In this document: in pieces, positions 16,171 to 29,688 of the stretch | How the letters are laid out: every line of letters begins with the position of its first letter | Numbering within the stretch: position 1 is the first letter of the stretch | NCBI GenBank assembly: GCA_050613775.1 | Contig: JBODTK010000149.1 | Location: 124,001 to 188,000, forward strand | Source: Neocallimastix sp. 'constans' | Taxonomy: Eukaryota | DNA length: 64,000 bases | Reading direction: 5' to 3' | Program-made: the position numbers and the translations under genes | The notes under the pieces: generated by a model | What the model was told of the DNA's origin: nothing | Databases searched by the model: none | Seen by the model: only the letters and a program-made list of their open reading frames with translations

Positions 16171-17350
16171 TGGTTAACAGGAGAGAAGTGGATAGTACAT
16201 TCATGATATTTTATAAAATATATGTCACGTGAAGACATTTGTTACATATATATAAGTTACACGAAATACTAACATAAATTTATACAACATAAAATAAACT
16301 TAAACTAATTTACATAAAACAAAAATATTAATAAAATAATATGAATAAATATAGAGTATAATTATTAAAGTACCCTCAAATGAGACTTTTATATAAAAAT
16401 ATTATTTATAAATTTTAGTATTTGAGCATCATTTGAATCTTTTGTTAATATGTCTTCTAGCATGTTTTCTGTATCTATATATTCTTATCTTTAATATATT
16501 ATTTCTATTAACATGGTATCTGATATCGATATATTTTAATTTTTTATTAATTTCACCATATTCCATTATACATTTACTTGCTTGATTGTTGGCATAGATC
16601 GTTATGTTTAATTTCTTACCTTGTATTTCTTTAGTAATATTCCTTAGCTGTAATATTTTCTTGACACTTTCTGAAGTACTTACATATCCAACATCTGTAG
16701 TAGAAGTTGCAACACAAAATTGCATTTTAAATATAACCCTTAACTCCTTGCATATATTCAATAAAGCTATTCTGAGAAATTACACAGCTATTATTTTACT
16801 TTTCTACTCTAATTCCTAAGATATATTCGATTGGTCCACAATTTGACATTTTGAATTTTCTTTTAATTTTTGAGATTTTATCTTTGATGTATTTTATTTC
16901 TCTAGAAATAACCATATCATCACCGTAGAGTCCAATTATACATTTAGTTTTATTATGTAATGTATATTTAAATAGGCATTGTTCTACTTTTATTTGTTTA
17001 AAATTATTAATTGAAAATTTTTTATTGCGTCATACCATTATCCGCCTAATTACTTAAGGTCATATAAAGCTTTATTAAGTTTCATGTATCCCCTCACAAA
17101 GTCCCCTTTAGGAATGGTAGTGTAAATATCTTTTTTTGAGAGAAGCACTAAAATAAGCAGCCTTAATATCAAGTTGGAAGATGACCTAATGAAAAGTAGT
17201 AGATAGAGCAAAAATGAGCTTAAGACTATCATTTTTTAAAGTAGAAAAAAAAGAGTGAGATCATAATCAATACCCCATTTTTGATAGAAACCTCAAACAA
17301 CAAACGAGCTTTATTTTCATAAATAAAATTATTACTGTCTCCTTTAGTAG
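16171..17350 (-). mobile_element. Decayed Ty1/Copia LTR retrotransposon (RT and RNase H remnant)
   Basis: Minus-strand fragments KARL, DIYTTIPKG...KLNKALYDLK, IGLYGDDMV (degenerate YVDD), VATSTT..GY, IYANNQAS and KLKYIDIRYH lie in Copia RT-RNase H order, broken by stops and frameshifts. The left boundary is approximate. Confidence 0.85.
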
Positions 17351-17395
17351 AAAAAACCTTAAATAAATACATATAAACTAATATAAAATTGTATA

Positions 17396-17497
17396 AATTA
17401 TATTTCGTATTTTGGTACATAGAAGTTCTATTTAATTATTGAGTATAATTATATTTCGTATTTTGGTACATAGAAGTTCTATTTAATTATTGAGTAT
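17396..17497. repeat. Tandem direct duplication of ~51 bp
   Basis: aattatatttcgtattttggtacatagaagttctatttaattattgagtat occurs twice in tandem at the edge of the Copia remnant. Confidence 0.9.
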
Positions 17498-17883
17498 TAA
17501 TCACATAAATTTATATATATTATTATTTTTAACATTTGTAAAAATTAATAATTATTTAATTTTACTAAAGAATAAAATGAAATAATTATGTAATTTTCAA
17601 GGACATAGTATAAAGTATATTCAAACACCAAATATTTAAATTAATGTGAAATATGAAATATACTCTACATTTTTTAAAATAAAAGTTAATAAATTAAGAT
17701 TATTTTAATCATTATTTTATTAAAAAAAAATAAATTATTAATTTAATTTTATGATGAAAATATTACTACTACTAGCAAATATTGTACTAAAAATTTATTC
17801 TAAATCATTATTATTTTTATAATATATATTTTTATTCTTTGTTATTAATAATTATGAATTTTCTTTAATTTTCCATTAGTTAT

Positions 17884-17942
<59 letters not shown>

Positions 17943-18180
17943 ATTATAGTAATATTAATAATTATAGTAATAAAACGAAAATAATAATCTATATATTAAT
18001 TTATATTTCATTATAAAAATACTAACAATAATAATAATAACAACATATAATAATGACATTATACTAGTATTAACAAATAATAATAATTGATAAACTATAT
18101 AATAGCTGTAATAATAAATACGACAATATGTTTTTTTCTAAAAAAAGAATAATATTAAAATTATTTAATATTTTAATATA

Positions 18181-18490
18181 ATCCAATAGTTGATGTTCGA
18201 ACGCCATATTTAGTATTCTTGTTGCTAGTGCTAGTGCATAGAGCGCTTGATCTGTAAGAGGATTAGTGTAGTTGTTTCTCTCTCGATGACGGTTCAAGAG
18301 ATCACTGCAAAGAAGCCTATATCGTATAAAACGGCGTATAGGGAATGTCATTTATATTAGCCTTGCTTAGAGAGAGGTAGGCATTAACGCCGAAATAGTA
18401 TAGAAAAGAATCCAATAAGAGTCAGATACGTTTGACTGGAGGCCCTATTATCCTTCCCTCTTGTTAATCCCAATCTAAAAATAAAAAAAA
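18181..18490 (+). mobile_element. Probable non-LTR retroelement 3' end (island 2) with an A-rich tail; alternatively a structured ncRNA
   Basis: GC-richer island of ~300 bp with several hairpins. It ends in aatcccaatcta plus an A-run and shares a motif with islands 1 and 3. Confidence 0.45.
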
Positions 18491-19773
18491 TACAAATATC
18501 ATATATAATTCAATATTTGAATATGACACAGATATTATAATAAATATAATAATAATATTATTGGTAATAACAGTATAATTATATGTAATTGTATTAATAT
18601 ACAAATATTAATAATTATAGTAATTGATTATTAAATATAATTAATACGTTTATATTAAATAAAAATAAATTATAATGATAAAATAATAATCTAATAAGAA
18701 GAAATAATATCAAAAGTAATAATGATGTCAGTGGTCATTGTATTGATAATAATAGTGATAGTATTAATAAAAGTTGTAATTTATTTTGATTGGAAATTAA
18801 TATACAATAAATATTACTAATTAAAATTATTTTTATATTTCATATAGTTTATTCAATTAATGGTGTATTTGGTCAGAATAGAAAAAAAATAATATGAAAA
18901 GAACGCATATTTTTTGAATATTTTTTTAAATTCTTTTTTTTTTAAATAGGGCAAGTATAATTAACTACAATTTCCAAAAATAATAAAAATGTTAATATTT
19001 ATCAACCTCTTCTAATTGAATAATAATAAAAAAAGGTCTTTTCTAAATAAATATTTTTTATATTGATTTTTTGACATCTATTTTTTGACATTTATTGAAT
19101 ATTATCTAATAGCTAATATATAATATTATATATTTTAAATTAGAATTATGATAAGTTAATATATTAAATATTAATATTTAAATTTTTTTTTTAAATATTT
19201 AAAAAAAAAATAAATTTGTATTAATATTGATATAGTTCAAAATATAAATAAATATTCAATTATATAACTAAATAAATAAGTACATAATTAATAAATTAAT
19301 ATATGAATATATAATAATTAAATAAATAAATAAAATATATAAGTAATTAATTAATATTAAACTTTTTTTATTAAAAATTATAAATATAAATAAAAATAAA
19401 ATATTTATATATAGTTTTTCTTATTTTTATTTTTTATAAAATAGAAATAGTAAACTATATTTCTTTACTTCCATAAATAATAATAAGTAGCTTAAGGATA
19501 AAATTTGTAAAATTAAAGGAACTTTTAAATTTGATAAAATAAAACATAAATATAATTAATTTATAATAATTTTGTATATTTTTGATTTTGAAAACTATTA
19601 ATTATTGTTAAAATATATATATATATAATATATGTAAAAACAAATAGTTTTTTATCTTCTTTTTTTTTTTAAAAAAAATAACAATAATAATAATTTATTA
19701 ATTCTGAATTTCATTAACATCTAATTAAATACATTAATAAATATATATAATAAATTTTATTATATTATATATG

Positions 19774-19804
<31 letters not shown>

Positions 19805-20151
19805 TTCGAAGTACAATTTTGACTCTTATTTATTCTTAATCTTTTTAATTATAATTTTAATAAAAGCCTTTAAAGTATTATTAATAATGTATATTTTTTT
19901 TAATTAATTACATTTTTAGATTTTCGAACAATTATTTGATTATTTAATAATGAATTAAAAATTTTTTATTACTTGTGTTTTAAAGATTATAAAGAAATTA
20001 AAAGTGCATTTAATCATAAAACATTTTTTTAAATTATTCAATTTAATAATCATAATTCGATATATAAATGAAATTTTTATAAATTATTAAATGAATACAT
20101 TGGATATTACATTTAAATTTTTATTCTAATATTAAAATTATTATAAGTAAA

Positions 20152-20455
20152 ATGACATTACCAAGGCAAAATTCAAATACAATGTCGTCTCGTTTTAAAC
20201 AGAATAAACCATTATTATCACGACAACCTATAAATAAAAATGAAATTTCATCTTCAAATTTAATTAAATCTAATTCAAAATCTGATAATGATATATTGAA
20301 AAAAGAATTAAAATTATGTTCTCAAGTTTGGGCGAAATTATTAAAATTGCCAATCATAAAGTATTTAGAGAAAAAGGTAAATTTATATTGTAACCAAATC
20401 TATTTTATCAAACTTTTAAATCGTACTTTTTTAAATTAATAAAATTTCATTGCTA

Positions 20456-20497
<42 letters not shown>

Positions 20498-22171
20498 TAT
20501 TTAGCATCATCCAAATATACATTTAGATACAAAAATATTAAATGAAATTACTTTAGTATACGAAAAAATTAATAAAGAGGAATATACAGGAAAAGATGAA
20601 TTCTATTCATTAATTATGGAAATTATAAATAAATTCGGTTTAATATGTAAACCAACAACACAGGTTTATATGGATTATAATAATTTAAAATTAATATTTA
20701 ATACAGAATGGAATAAATGTTTAAATATAATGAAATTAAATAAAGGTAAAATTGATTTGAAATTAATAATAATATTTATTATTACAAAAATATTATATAT
20801 CTAAATTTAAAAATTAATCAATAAAATCTTAAAATTAATTATAGAATTTATAACAAGTCCTAAAATGAATAAAATTATTTGTCATATATGCAATGAGGAA
20901 TTTAAATTAAAAAGAGATTTTAAAAATCATTTAAAAACATGTTCAATAAATAATCCGAAATCATCAATTAAAAATGAAGAAAATAAAATTAATAATAGCA
21001 ATAATAATACTAAAGTAGTGATGCCAAATACTTCATTTTCTTCCCCACCACCTAATGTTAAATATAAATATGAAAAAAAAGATACTCAAAAAAATGAAAA
21101 AAAGGAATTATCTGTATCATATAAACATTATTCTAAATTTTTTAAACCAGAATTTAATATGGAAGCAATTAAAATTGGTGACTCAATAGATTGTCCATTT
21201 AATAATTGTACAAGTACATCGTCAAGTTTAGCAAAACTTGTTACTCATATTATGACAAATCATCAAGATAAACTGACCGTTATATCAGATTATTATTGTT
21301 CTGTTTGTGGGAAAAGACTTCCCGATATTGTAACCCTACTTATTCATAATGTTGAACATCAGCATAATAAACGAAGAAAAATATTTTCTAAAGATCATAC
21401 TTCCAATACTGCATCATCGTCTTCTTCATTAATAAACCCTTTAAATCCTATATCAAATTCATTTATCCCTATAAACACTGCAATCACAAAATCATCACTA
21501 CCTTTACCTTATAATAACAATAAAAATAAATCTATAAATTCTAAATCTTCTAAGCTAAAACGGAAGTATCCATTTGACAATTCAAATAAACTTAATAACT
21601 CTAGTAATACTAGTAATGTAAATTTAACAAAAGCAAATAATATAGTATTAGATACCAATCAAAATAAAAATCAAGAAAATGAAAAGTATCCATTAACTCC
21701 ATCCCCTACATCGTCTTTATCCCAAAATTTGCAAACTTCTCCTACTAAAATTAATAATATGGGAAGTGAAGATCAATCTAAAGAAAATAATTTATCTTTA
21801 AATAATAATAATATTAATATTAAAGATATAGATATGGAGAAAGAAAAGGAGTTAAAAGATTACTCAGAAGATGTTTTGAAAGAAAAAAACAATATTGTAT
21901 TAGAAAATACTTTAGAAAATAAATTAAAAAATAATATATCAGAAAAAGAGCAATTACAATTAGATCAAACTAGTAATAATATATTGCAATTAAAATCATC
22001 ATCAAATAAAATACCTAATAATAATAATAATAATATACCATCTCCTATTTCATCACCAATTTCACATAAGATAAATACTCAACATATTAAAGGTAAATAT
22101 TTTGTACTTTGATTAAAATGATAAATATTACTATTAATTTAATAAATATTATTAATTTAATATTAAATATT

Positions 22172-22226
<55 letters not shown>

Positions 22227-22395
22227 AATAAATAAATAAATAAAAAGCATAATTAATAAATTATAAATAAAAAATTATAAATTAAAAATGATAAATGATA
22301 AATAATAATTAATAATTAATAAAATAAATAATAAATACAAAAATAATGTAATAAAAATAATTTTCAAATATAAATTATATATATATATTAATATA

Positions 22396-22465
<70 letters not shown>

Positions 22466-24540
22466 TTTAAACAAATAGATAATACGATATTGTCATCACC
22501 AAATACTTCACATTCTAAAAGTGAAAGTTCTTCTTCCACAGTCTCTTATACGCGATCAAAATTAAGAATTCCTTGTGTTGTTAAAACATGTAAAAAGACA
22601 TATAAAAATATTAAAGGACTTAAAACACATATTAGTAGATATCATCCAGAAGTTCAAGTTAATATTGAAGAACTAGTAGCATCTTATAAAGTTCAATCTG
22701 AACAAGAAGAATCAAAAGAAAATAAAAAAGTCCATAATATTTTACCAGTTACAACATCTTCACATATCAATATGAATGCTTCTACCAGTGCTAACCTCAA
22801 TATGAATATTAATTTGAATATTAATAAAAATGAAAATCCTAAAAATAATAATAAAAACAATAATGTCAATAACAGTAACACTAATAATAATAGTAAAATA
22901 AGTACATCAAATTCAAATTTACTTTCTATCGAAAACAATCCATTATTAAATATAACATCAGATCCAATGAATCTTGATAAATCACTTTCTTCAGAATTAT
23001 TAAAAAATATTATTAAAGGAAAAAATACATTTAATGAAATTGAAGATAATAAAAAAAGAAAATTAGATTCATTAGATAATAATTCGATGAATATTGATGG
23101 TAATTTATATATATATTATTTATTATCAATATTTTATGTTATAAATATTCTATATTATTATTTTAATTTTTTTTTTTTTATTTTTTTATTTATTTATTTA
23201 ATTTTAATAACATATGTTTATATTTTGTATTACTATTTTTGATAATACATGTATATATATATTTATATTATCGTATTTCATATATATTAATTAATATAAT
23301 AATATTTAATAGCTAATAATATGAATATTAAATCTGCTATATCTGATTCAAATAATTTAAATTTATTACAAGATTATTTAATTAATAATAATACATTAAA
23401 TAATACAGAATTAGGAAATCTTGAAAATTTAAATTTACATACGGTAAATTATATAATATGTAGTTTTATAATATATAAAACTATATAAAAATAATAATAG
23501 TAATAAATAAATAAATATAAATAAATAAATAAATAAATAAAAATATTAAATTTATTATATATTTATTATATTTTATAATTATTTAGGCCAATCCATATTC
23601 ATATTTAGATACAAATCTCAGTATGCCAATTGATTTGCAAAATAATTTATTATTTAACAACTCATTATCACAAACAGCAAATCCAACTGATATATTAAAA
23701 AATCCATCATTAATACCTGAATTGAACAAATCTGATTTATTATCTACCATGTATCCACCTCTTTCTAATGACCTTTTATCTAATAATTTAACAAATAATA
23801 TTTCAAATAATTTATTAATGAACCTTTTATATAATAATATTAATAATTCATCTTTACCAATGAGTAATATAAACGATTTAAATTTATTAAACATGAATTA
23901 TAATCCATTGAATTCATTTTCATTATATAATACTAATGTAGATAGTCTTAATTCATTAAATAATACCCAACTACAACTTTTACTTAATAATCATAATCAA
24001 AATAATAACACTAGTATTAATAATAACCCAAGTGGTGAAAGCAGTGATCATAAATCCAATAGCTTTTTAAATAGTAAAGAAAGTTTTAATACAACTACCA
24101 CTGATAGTCATAATAGTCATTCTAATGAAGTCAGTAGTAATAGTAATATAAATGAAAAACATGTAGAACTTAATAAAAATAAAGAAAAATTAGAAGTAAT
24201 ATCACCAATTAGTAACAAAAATACTAATAATACCAGTAATCAACAGGATAATCATCCAGGAACTTCATCATTAAATGCAGAATTTTTAAATAATTTATTT
24301 ATCAATGAAAATAATTTAAACGATTCCAATTTAGATTTAGTAAATTTAAACCCATCTATATCCGATTCTAAATCATTAGATTTAGTTAATTTAAATTCAT
24401 CTATATCCGATCCTAAATCCTTAGATTTATTATCTAATACCTTAATACCAAATATAAAAACATCAATAAATGAAACTCTTGAAGAACTAAATTTAGATAT
24501 GAAACAACACAAAAATATAAATGATAACAAAAAGAAATGA
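20152..24540 (+). CDS. C2H2 zinc-finger protein with an N-terminal degenerate bromodomain-like region; exons 20152-20376, 20505-20745, 20845-22092, 22479-23099, 23313-23443, 23587-24540
   Basis: In-phase GT..AG introns join the track ORFs. Fingers: CHIC..F.....F..HLKTC, CPFNNC.......L..HIMTNH, CSVC........L..HNVEH, CVVKTC..Y.....L..HISRYH. Linkers are N/S-rich low-complexity sequence. Confidence 0.8.
24331..24429 (+). repeat. In-frame 45-bp tandem repeat within the last exon of the zinc-finger gene
   Basis: Encodes LDLVNLNPSISDSKS / LDLVNLNSSISDPKS / LDL. Confidence 0.8.
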
Positions 24541-24658
24541 AAAAAAAAGTATATTATATATATATATATATATATATAATAAAAATAAAAATAGTAGTAG
24601 AATTGCGACAAAGTAAAATAATAACAAGAAACAAGAAACAAAACAAAACAAAACAAAA

Positions 24659-24712
<54 letters not shown>

Positions 24713-24860
24713 ACATGAATACCTTTCATTATTACATATTTTATTTAGAAAAAATTATATATATTATTTTTAATTATGAATTATTTATATAAATTCATAT
24801 ATTTATTTATTTATTTATTATATTTTTCATTCATTAATATTATTCATATATATATATATA

Positions 24861-24894
<34 letters not shown>

Positions 24895-25826
24895 TATAAA
24901 AGTTTTGAAAAACAAAAATAAAAATAACTTTTTATAGTATTAATGTTGATTTTATAATAAAAATAAAAAGTATATTATAAATTATTATAATATATTAATA
25001 ATTATTAGCAACATAATCCATTGAATATTTATTAATAGAAAAAAAAAATTATAAATTTTTTTAACAATATAAAATAATAATAAAATTATTATTATTATGA
25101 TTTTATATTATTATTATTAAATATTTTTAAAAAGAAAAAAAAAAAAAAAGCATAAATATATTAATGTAACTATTTTTTTTTTTATGTATTTATTTTTATT
25201 AAATTAATTTTTAATTATTTATATTTGTTATTATTTTTATTACTATTATTATTATTATTATTTGTTATTATTTATTATTATTATTTTGTACCTTTATAAC
25301 TGTTTTTCTAAGGTACAAAATAATATTTATTTTTATTTATTGATTGATTTATTTACTTATTTACTTATTTACTTATTTATTCATTTATTCATTTATTCAT
25401 TTATTTATTACTTCATTTAATTTTTTAATTTTTCTGATATTTATATATATATTTCTTTTTTTTTTTTTTTTTTTTTTTTGTCATTTAATTTGATAGATGA
25501 AATATATATATATATATATATATATATTGTTTTTTGTTTTTTGTTTTTTGTTTTTTGTTTTTTGTTATTTGTTCTTTTTTTTGTTTTGTTTTGTTTTTTG
25601 GTTTTATTGTTTTATTTTATATTTTTGTTACTATTTATTTATATTTTATTTATTTTATTTATTTTTATATAAAAAAGAAAAAAAAATTTTTTTATTTAGT
25701 ATTTTTATTTAGTTAAAAATAAATATATATATAATTATAAAGATTTTTTTTTAATATATATTTATATACTTATATATATTAAATGGTTATCTATATTTAT
25801 TTATATATTTATTTTTTTTTAACTAC

Positions 25827-25857
<31 letters not shown>

Positions 25858-26226
25858 TAAAAATTAAAAATGATTATAGTTAACTTTAATATATTAATTA
25901 TTTTTTTATTTCTTTAAATATCTGATGATGATGATGATGATTATAGTATTTGCTAAATTTAATAATAAAAATAAATATATAATTAATATTTCTTTTATAT
26001 ATATATATATATATCTTTTTTTTATATATATATATCTTTTTTTTTTTTTTAGTTTTATATAATAGGATTTACTTGATATATTACATTTAAAAATAACAAT
26101 AAATGAAATGATAAAATAAAAATAAAAATAAATAAATAATAATAAAATAAAATAAGTTGATAATAAATATTAAAGAAAATGAAAATGAAAAAAAAAAAAA
26201 AATTAAATTAAAATATAATAGGGTTT

Positions 26227-26581
26227 TTATGATAAATGGAAACAGCCTCTTCCTTCCTTATATGCGATTTCAAGTTTTTCTTTTAACACATCTTTTGATG
26301 AATATTGTGGAATTTTCAAATAATTAGCACAAGTCATAACACTTGGTAAATATTCATCTGGTTTATGAGATGCTTCCGTAGTTTTACAAACAACAGTAAA
26401 TGGAGGATTCAAGTTTTTAAATCCACCTAATGGTAATTTTGGACAACCTGTAACAAATTGAATAAAATCTCTTTTTTCAGTATCATTCATTTCTGACATT
26501 ACTTGTACTAAGTAAATTATTTGAGGACTATCCATAGTATATCCATGATCAGCATGAATGCAATTAATTAAGTCTTCATAT

Positions 26582-26614
<33 letters not shown>

Positions 26615-27309
26615 TATATATATTGATATATTAATATATTAAAAATGTTCAATATAAAAATTATAATAAATTATAGATAATATTTATAAAATAAATATTT
26701 ACAAGAATATATATAATTAATAACTTACTTTCATAGCTCCAGTCTTCATTTTCAGAACCACCAAATAATAATACTAATTCGTCATTATCAAAAATGGATA
26801 AATTAGAAATTGGAAAAACGGAATTAAAACCTTTTCTGAAAGCTTCAATTTGTTTACTAACTCCCTTTCCAATAGTAAAGTTAATAATTTCTTTAAGATA
26901 TTCTTCAACATTCCAATTAGTGACATCAACTTGACTACCATTTTCAACAAGCTCAATATCTGGATAACCTGGCAATGTAAAATCTAAACATAAATCTTGA
27001 ATTGTAGTATCATCAATTTTTATATTTTGAACCATAGTATGAAGTTCATCAGGTGACAAACTTGTATTAGAATAAATCTCTTTTTTAATATTGGAATATT
27101 TCATAATTTGATTTAATGAATTTACTAATGGAGGATCTACTTGCTGTAATAATATAATATATAAAATATAAAACAATTATCAATTATTATTATTAAGTAT
27201 TAATATTAATATTAATAATATTAGTATTCTGGATTTCCCATATTTAAATAAAAATAAAAAATAAAAAAATAAATTATATATATATATATATATTATAAAT
27301 AATATTTAA

Positions 27310-27359
<50 letters not shown>

Positions 27360-29554
27360 ATTTTTTTCACTTACTTCTATTATCTTAAGTCCCATTTCTA
27401 AATAATTTTTATTTGAACTTAAGCAATATAATTCAGAAAAATCAAGATTATTAACATTATCTTTAATTAATTTTACAAAATAGGTATTTAATGGTAAATC
27501 AATTGTTCTAAAATCTAACATTGCTTTAGCGACAAATATACCAAGACAATTAAATATTCTTAGAAGTTTTCTATTTATAAATAATTACAAAAATAATAAT
27601 AATATATTATAACATAAATAATTTATTAATTAATGTAATTAATATTTAATAGTTATAATTTTATTAGTAAAAGGAGGAAAAAAAATTTTTTTTTTTTTAA
27701 TTATATTAAAATAAAACTAATAAATAATTAAAGTTATTACTTTCCAGCAGGAGTATCTAAATTATCTGGATTAATTGGAGCAGGGAATAATCCATATTTT
27801 AAATTGACATAGGTATCTTCATGTGAAGCTTTTTCATTGTTAATATTAACAGTATTATCTCCTTTATTATTTTCAGGTGGATTTCTAAGATCTTCAACGG
27901 AAGTTGAATTATTTGAAGTATTATTATTAGTAACGCTAGATTCATTATTTGGTAAAATGGATGATTGAGAAGAATTATTACTATTTCTTTTTAATAAACC
28001 TGGTTTATCAGGAACATCAAGAAATTGATCTTGATTCATTGGACTTTGAATATTATCCTTATTACCAATTTCATTAATATTATTAATGGATTCTCTTTTT
28101 TCTTTTTCAAGTACAGAATTCATACTTGTTTCATTGGTATTAGAAGTATCTCTCCAAAGTTTATATTTACTTTTACAAATTTCATTGCTTACTAAACTGT
28201 AAAATTCTAAAGTGGGACCTAAACCAGTACCAACTTCATTATAAAATTCAATTTCCAATAATGAATTTTTAACACCATAAAGTGGCATAATTTTTATCAT
28301 ACTTTCTAAAATATGATTACGATTAACACGTACTTTTTGACGTTGAAGTCTTCCAAGAAGAGATTGATCTCTTTGATTACTACTATTGTTATTTGAATTA
28401 TTATTCTGCCATCTATTCATACTTCTACCATAACCAAATGAAGTTGATTGTAAATAGGTAATACGAGTATCAAAACTAATTAAGAAACTAAAGTTATGAG
28501 CAATTTCATGACACCATGATGGAAGAACATTACTAGCAACAATTAAAGGTTCATCTAACTGACGACCAAGTTTCGCTGTTATCTTAGTATTTATGAAATA
28601 ATCTTTTGAAATAAATGCCATAAAACGACTATTATTACTATTATTATTATTAATATTAGATTTACTACACGTATTATTTGTATTACTGTCTAAAGTTAAA
28701 ATTTCAGGATGATTGATATAGAAATCATCAAATGGATTATTAATTTTATATAAAATATTCAATATAAATATTACTTTTCCATTAATTGTATCAATAGATA
28801 AACAACTTGGCATTGATGAAGAATATCTTCTATTTAATCTTTTTTTATATTTTTTATTTATATCATTTTTCATTAAATTATTATAACTATCATTATCTAT
28901 CGTCATATTATCATCTAACGAATTACTCTTTTTCATTGAACGTCTAAAGAATATAGTATATGAATGTTTCCAAATATCTACATTTTCATTAATGGAATTA
29001 TTCGATTGGATTATATCATCATTATCAGTACTCTTTTTACCTTTACTACTCTTTTTCTTTTGTTGATTTTGTTGTTCATATTGCCAACAAGCTCCAAATA
29101 CCGTAGTATCATTAGTAATTGTAACTTCTTTATTATCAGGCTCTCCAATAGTAAATTCAATAAAGAGTTTATTTTCTTTTTCTTTTTCTTTTTTAGATTT
29201 ACTTGAAGAACTAGCTGTTTTTTGAACATTATGAACTAATCTTGTTAAAAAAGATCCTGAAAATCTCTTTTTCTTTTTGCCTTTAGTTTTTTGAGAAGAA
29301 TTATTTGTACTCTTCAAGTTTCAAATTTAAAATAAAAATAAAATAAAATAAAATAAAAACAATAATAATTAAAATAAAATTAGATTGATATAATAAATAT
29401 ATATACAAGTTAGTATTTAATCAAAAAAATTAAAAAAATAAAATTAAAAATAAAAATAAAAAAAAGAAATAGAAATAAATTATAAATAATTTAAAAAATT
29501 TTTAATGTATATTGTAATAATATTATATTTATAAAAATAAAATTAAAAAAAATA

Positions 29555-29607
<53 letters not shown>

Positions 29608-29652
29608 CATTAATAAAAATAATGTTAATAATAATAATATTATTATTATGAC

Positions 29653-29688
<36 letters not shown>

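Noticed and set aside
18260..18280. agtgtagt resembling the U2 snRNA branch-pairing sequence
   Set aside because: The flanking conserved U2 sequence (GCCUUUUGGCUAAGAUCA...AUCUGUUCU) and the Sm site are absent.
18070..18351. 93-aa minus-strand ORF
   Set aside because: No recognisable motifs and it runs into AT-rich sequence. The island is better explained on the + strand.
24252..25716. Several F/Y/I-rich ORFs
   Set aside because: Low-complexity T/A-rich non-coding DNA, or antisense to the zinc-finger exon.
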